DNA of 33,785 nucleotides, from assembly GCA_964367575.1 (NCBI GenBank), contig CAYIYF010000001.1, positions 1 to 33,785 on the forward strand, given 5' to 3'. A model generated the notes under the pieces. That model was not told the DNA's origin, made no database searches, and worked only from the letters and a program-made list of their open reading frames with translations. The position numbers were made by a program, and so were the translations under genes. This document shows positions 30,817-33,785 of the stretch, in pieces. Each line of letters opens with the position of its first letter. Position 1 is the first letter of the stretch. This DNA comes from Candidatus Woesearchaeota archaeon. Its GTDB lineage: Archaea > Nanobdellota > Nanobdellia > SCGC-AAA011-G17 > UBA489.

Positions 30817-30890
30817 AGCCACCGAGGGGATTTGAACCCCCGACCTATGGTTTACGAAACCATCGCTATACCGAGCTAAGCCACGGTGGC
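30817..30890 (-). tRNA. tRNA-Thr(CGU), intronless
   Basis: Hand fold of GCCACCGTGGCTTAGCTCGGTATAGCGATGGTTTCGTAAACCATAGGTCGGGGGTTCAAATCCCCTCGGTGGCT: anticodon loop TTCGTAA. Confidence 0.85.
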
Positions 30891-30964
30891 ACACTTTCAC
30901 AAGATAAAATGTTGTTTTAAATGTATTGTTACATCATAAAAATTTCTAGAATAATAATTACTTT

Positions 30965-31114
30965 TTAGATGTTAAGCTTTTTCTTAATATCCTCAAGAGA
31001 ATTTGACTTTTGACAATTTTTACAAATAAGATGCTTCTTTTTGCCGATGTAAGATCCAAGAGGCTTATCTAAAAAAGTTGTTTCTATTTTTTCCCTGCAT
31101 ATCTCGCATTTCAT
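30965..31114 (-). CDS. 49-aa zinc-ribbon mini-protein
   Basis: Hand translation: MKCEICREKIETTFLDKPLGSYIGKKKHLICKNCQKSNSLEDIKKKLNI*, with CxxC...CxxC. Confidence 0.4.
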   Translation of the reverse strand: MKCEICREKIETTFLDKPLGSYIGKKKHLICKNCQKSNSLEDIKKKLNI

Positions 31115-31167
31115 TTAAGAAATAAAACTTCTAAACCTTTTTAAATATTGTTTTTCAATAAACCAAC

Positions 31168-31998
31168 ATGAAAGATTACATTGGCGGGCAAGCAGTAATT
31201 GAAGGCGTTATGATGGCCAGTCGCAAAAAGGTTGCTGTTGCTGTCAGGAAGCCTAATGGCAAAATAAAGATAAAGGTTGAAAATAGAAGCAGCGCTGCTG
31301 AGAAATTCAGGAAAACCCCATTCTTAAGAGGCCTTGCTTCTTTGTTTGAGATGCTGATAATAGGAACAAAGGCATTAACCTGGAGCAGCAATGAAAATCT
31401 TGAAGAAGACGAGCAGATTGGCGGATGGGGGATATTCTTCACAATATTACTATCACTCGGATTGGCAGTAGGATTATTTATTGCATTGCCTTTATGGGTG
31501 AGCAAGCTTCTGAGTGAAGACAGAATTATCTTTAATGTAATAGACGGGGCATTGAGGGTCGGAATATTCGTTGTGTACTTAATGTTTATTTCCAGATTTA
31601 AAGATGTTAAAAGAGTATTCCAATATCATGGAGCAGAACACAAAGCTGTAAACTGCTATGAAGCTGGAAAGCCATTGACTGCAAAGAATGCAAAGAAATT
31701 TTCAACCATACATCCGAGATGCGGAACATCTTTTATTTTTATTGTCCTGCTTGTGAGCATTATTTTATTTACATTTGTTTGGAGCGAGGCATGGTTAATG
31801 AAGCTCTTGTACAGAATATTGCTGATACCAGTAATTGCAATGATTAGTTATGAGATATTAAGATTTAATGCAAGAAAACCCAATAAGGTTCTTGGATTTC
31901 TTACAACACCTGGGTTGTGGCTGCAAAAGATTACAACACAAGAACCAGATTTGAAGATGCTTGAAGTTGCTGTTAGAGCATTGAAGGCGGCGATGTAA
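31168..31998 (+). CDS. DUF1385-family membrane protein
   Basis: IGGQAVIEGVMM at the N-terminus and YHGAEHKAVN are the hallmark motifs of DUF1385. Several transmembrane segments. Confidence 0.7.
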   Translation: MKDYIGGQAVIEGVMMASRKKVAVAVRKPNGKIKIKVENRSSAAEKFRKTPFLRGLASLFEMLIIGTKALTWSSNENLEEDEQIGGWGIFFTILLSLGLAVGLFIALPLWVSKLLSEDRIIFNVIDGALRVGIFVVYLMFISRFKDVKRVFQYHGAEHKAVNCYEAGKPLTAKNAKKFSTIHPRCGTSFIFIVLLVSIILFTFVWSEAWLMKLLYRILLIPVIAMISYEILRFNARKPNKVLGFLTTPGLWLQKITTQEPDLKMLEVAVRALKAAM

Positions 31999-31999
31999 A

Positions 32000-32383
32000 A
32001 TGGACTTGAAAAAGCTGTCAAAGATACGAGATAAGCTGAATAAAGTGAAAGGATTGAGGGTTCTTTTTACCCTTGAGGATGAACAGAGGGATATCATACG
32101 AGATCTAGAAGAAGAGAGAAACAAAGGGGTTTTTGAGTGTCTTGACAGGGAATATACTATGCTGCTTGCGCATGACTCGAGTTTTCGAGAGCCTGATGAA
32201 AAGATAGTGAATGGCAAGGACAAGAAAGTGATATTTCCAGGAGTTCCTTTTCATGAAGTTGATGCAAAGAATGTTGTGTCCTCATCTCCTTCTGGAAGGG
32301 TTCATAGGGCACTGATGGAAATGCTGCATATTCACTTGGATGAAGAAGAAGCTACCTTATTAATTGGGTTTGATTTGAATTAA
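32000..32383 (+). CDS. hypothetical protein
   Basis: 127-aa ORF starting 2 nt after the DUF1385 stop. No motif recognised. Confidence 0.4.
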   Translation: MDLKKLSKIRDKLNKVKGLRVLFTLEDEQRDIIRDLEEERNKGVFECLDREYTMLLAHDSSFREPDEKIVNGKDKKVIFPGVPFHEVDAKNVVSSSPSGRVHRALMEMLHIHLDEEEATLLIGFDLN

Positions 32384-32812
32384 TTATCTTCCTGTACTGC
32401 CGAATCCAGCTTTACCTCTGGAGGAAGATTCTTCTAAGTTTTTTGTTTCAAGAATTTTTGCCTGTTCTATCTGTACAAGAACTAACTGTGCAATCTTGTC
32501 TCCTTTTTTTATTTCGTAATTAACATTTGATGTGTTCAAGAGAACTACTTTGTATTCGCCACGATAACCAGAATCAATGACACCTGCCATTGTCTTTATT
32601 CCGAATTTTGCTGCAAGACCACTCTTGTCCCATACATGTGCAACATAACCTTGAGGGAATTCTGCTGAGAATCCAAGAGAAAATGTTTTTCTTTCTCCTG
32701 GCCTGAGAACATAATCCTCAATAGAATGCATGTCCATTCCTGCGTCTGTTGGATTTGCGTAGCTTGGAAGCGTTGCGTCTTTATGGATTTTTTTTACTTT
32801 GAAGGATATCAT
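32384..32812 (-). CDS. dut: trimeric dUTP diphosphatase
   Basis: AGVIDSGYRGE and the C-terminal RGKAGFGSTG motifs. The track start at 32827 is TTG; the first ATG at 32812 lies 2 nt after the nrdJ stop. Confidence 0.85.
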   Translation of the reverse strand: MISFKVKKIHKDATLPSYANPTDAGMDMHSIEDYVLRPGERKTFSLGFSAEFPQGYVAHVWDKSGLAAKFGIKTMAGVIDSGYRGEYKVVLLNTSNVNYEIKKGDKIAQLVLVQIEQAKILETKNLEESSSRGKAGFGSTGR

Positions 32813-32814
32813 TT

Positions 32815-33785
32815 TTACATTCCACAACCACCAATTGAGTTGCTACATACACATTTGTAACATCCAGGTGCCGTCTGCATCATTACTCTGCTGCATTCTG
32901 GACAGAGAACTCCTCTTTGATTATCCAAGCTTGATTTACCATTATGAGGCATTAGGTCTAAAAGAGAACCTTTTTCTGGCTGCTTAAATCCACCAAGTTC
33001 TGGATCGTTTATGACTTGTGCAAAATCCCAATCATTGATTTGCATGCGTCTGAATGTTCTGAAAGCACCATTCTTGAATCCGCGAAGTTTTGCTACATCT
33101 ACTTTTTCAGGTTCTTCTGCTACAGAAGAGTCTCCAAGATATTCAAGCTTCAATAATTTTCCTGCAAAGTCAAGTGGTGACAATGCTGTGTTGATGTATG
33201 GATGTCCTGTTACAAATCCTTTTGGCTCAAATTCCTGTCCAACCCAACCTTTTGCAATGTCCTCCAAATGCACACCACGTTTTAATGATCGTGATGCCTG
33301 CACTCCTGCTGTTGTGAATACTGCTCCAAGGTCAGAACCTGCTTTGAATGAAAGAAATGTGATTTGCCCTGGTCTTCCATCCGGCTGTTCACTGATTAGC
33401 ACATGCAAAGGCTTGCCATTAATTTTTACTTCTGTTTCATATGCATGCCTTTGATTTGGTAAGTCTTCTTTTTCTCCGCGCTTTAATGCGACAACGCTTT
33501 TTGATGCTCCAAAATTCAATGCGCTTGTTGGTTTGCTGTTATTCCTGAAAACTGCAAGCGCTTTTAGCCCAAGTTCTTGTCCAAGCAAGTAACCATCATA
33601 AATATCTTTTACGGTTGCGTGTTCTGGAAGATTATTTGTTTTTGAGATTGCACCAGAAACAAATGGCTGTGCTGCACCCAACATACGTACATGACCTTCA
33701 AAAGGAATGCTTCCAACACCTTGTGCATTTCCAAATGCAGTGTCGAAAACAGTGTAATGATCCACATTAACATGAGGTGCTCCTC
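32815..33785 (-). CDS. nrdJ: class II (adenosylcobalamin-dependent) ribonucleotide reductase, C-terminal part (5' end outside the window)
   Basis: The frame is open to the window edge. ...GAISKTNNLPEHATVKDIYDGYLLGQELGLKALAVFRNNSK... matches the conserved RNR C-terminal core, followed by the Cys-rich tail CPECSRVMMQTAPGCYKCVCSNSIGGCGM. Confidence 0.75.
   Translation of the reverse strand, partial: GAPHVNVDHYTVFDTAFGNAQGVGSIPFEGHVRMLGAAQPFVSGAISKTNNLPEHATVKDIYDGYLLGQELGLKALAVFRNNSKPTSALNFGASKSVVALKRGEKEDLPNQRHAYETEVKINGKPLHVLISEQPDGRPGQITFLSFKAGSDLGAVFTTAGVQASRSLKRGVHLEDIAKGWVGQEFEPKGFVTGHPYINTALSPLDFAGKLLKLEYLGDSSVAEEPEKVDVAKLRGFKNGAFRTFRRMQINDWDFAQVINDPELGGFKQPEKGSLLDLMPHNGKSSLDNQRGVLCPECSRVMMQTAPGCYKCVCSNSIGGCGM

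Overview
AT-rich, gene-dense fragment that reads as archaeal, probably a small-genome DPANN-like lineage (inference). Support: BHB-type tRNA introns, PF07790-type archaeal pilin N-termini, a FlaI/PilB-type ATPase, TATA-like boxes about 25 nt upstream of genes and tRNAs, and a LAGLIDADG endonuclease. All calls come from reading the sequence and the supplied translations by eye; no searches were run.

Content, left to right:
- A RelE-like/wHTH pair cut by the left edge.
- A pectate-lyase-superfamily beta-helix protein preceded by an out-of-frame signal-peptide mini-ORF.
- A proline dehydrogenase plus M24 prolidase operon.
- Two tandem, diverged copies of a convergent RelE-like / RHH mini-protein module, separated by a fragment of the tRNA-Val 3' end.
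- A lipoprotein plus a 704-aa matrixin-like metzincin with a Cys-rich tail.
- An intron-containing tRNA-Val whose first 15 nt are overlapped by a free-standing LAGLIDADG endonuclease gene.
- Housekeeping genes: DUF1704-like peptidase and an NSUN RNA m5C methyltransferase.
- An approximately 8 kb type IV pilus-like operon: ATPase, two separate T2SS-F platform genes and seven class III signal-peptide proteins.
- A MazEF module, then tRNA-Thr.
- A wHTH gene translationally coupled to a 1127-aa sequon-rich LamG/tandem-repeat membrane adhesin.
- A bacilliredoxin-like protein.
- A tRNA-Leu(UAA) that I fold with two BHB introns and a 7-nt micro-exon.
- An APC transporter, ThpR, an SBBP beta-propeller protein, a second tRNA-Thr, DUF1385, dUTPase and the 3' part of a class II ribonucleotide reductase.

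Most unusual items: the tRNA intron architectures, the endonuclease/tRNA overlap, the duplicated convergent toxin modules with an invariant 43-nt block, and the density of secreted or surface proteins and pili.
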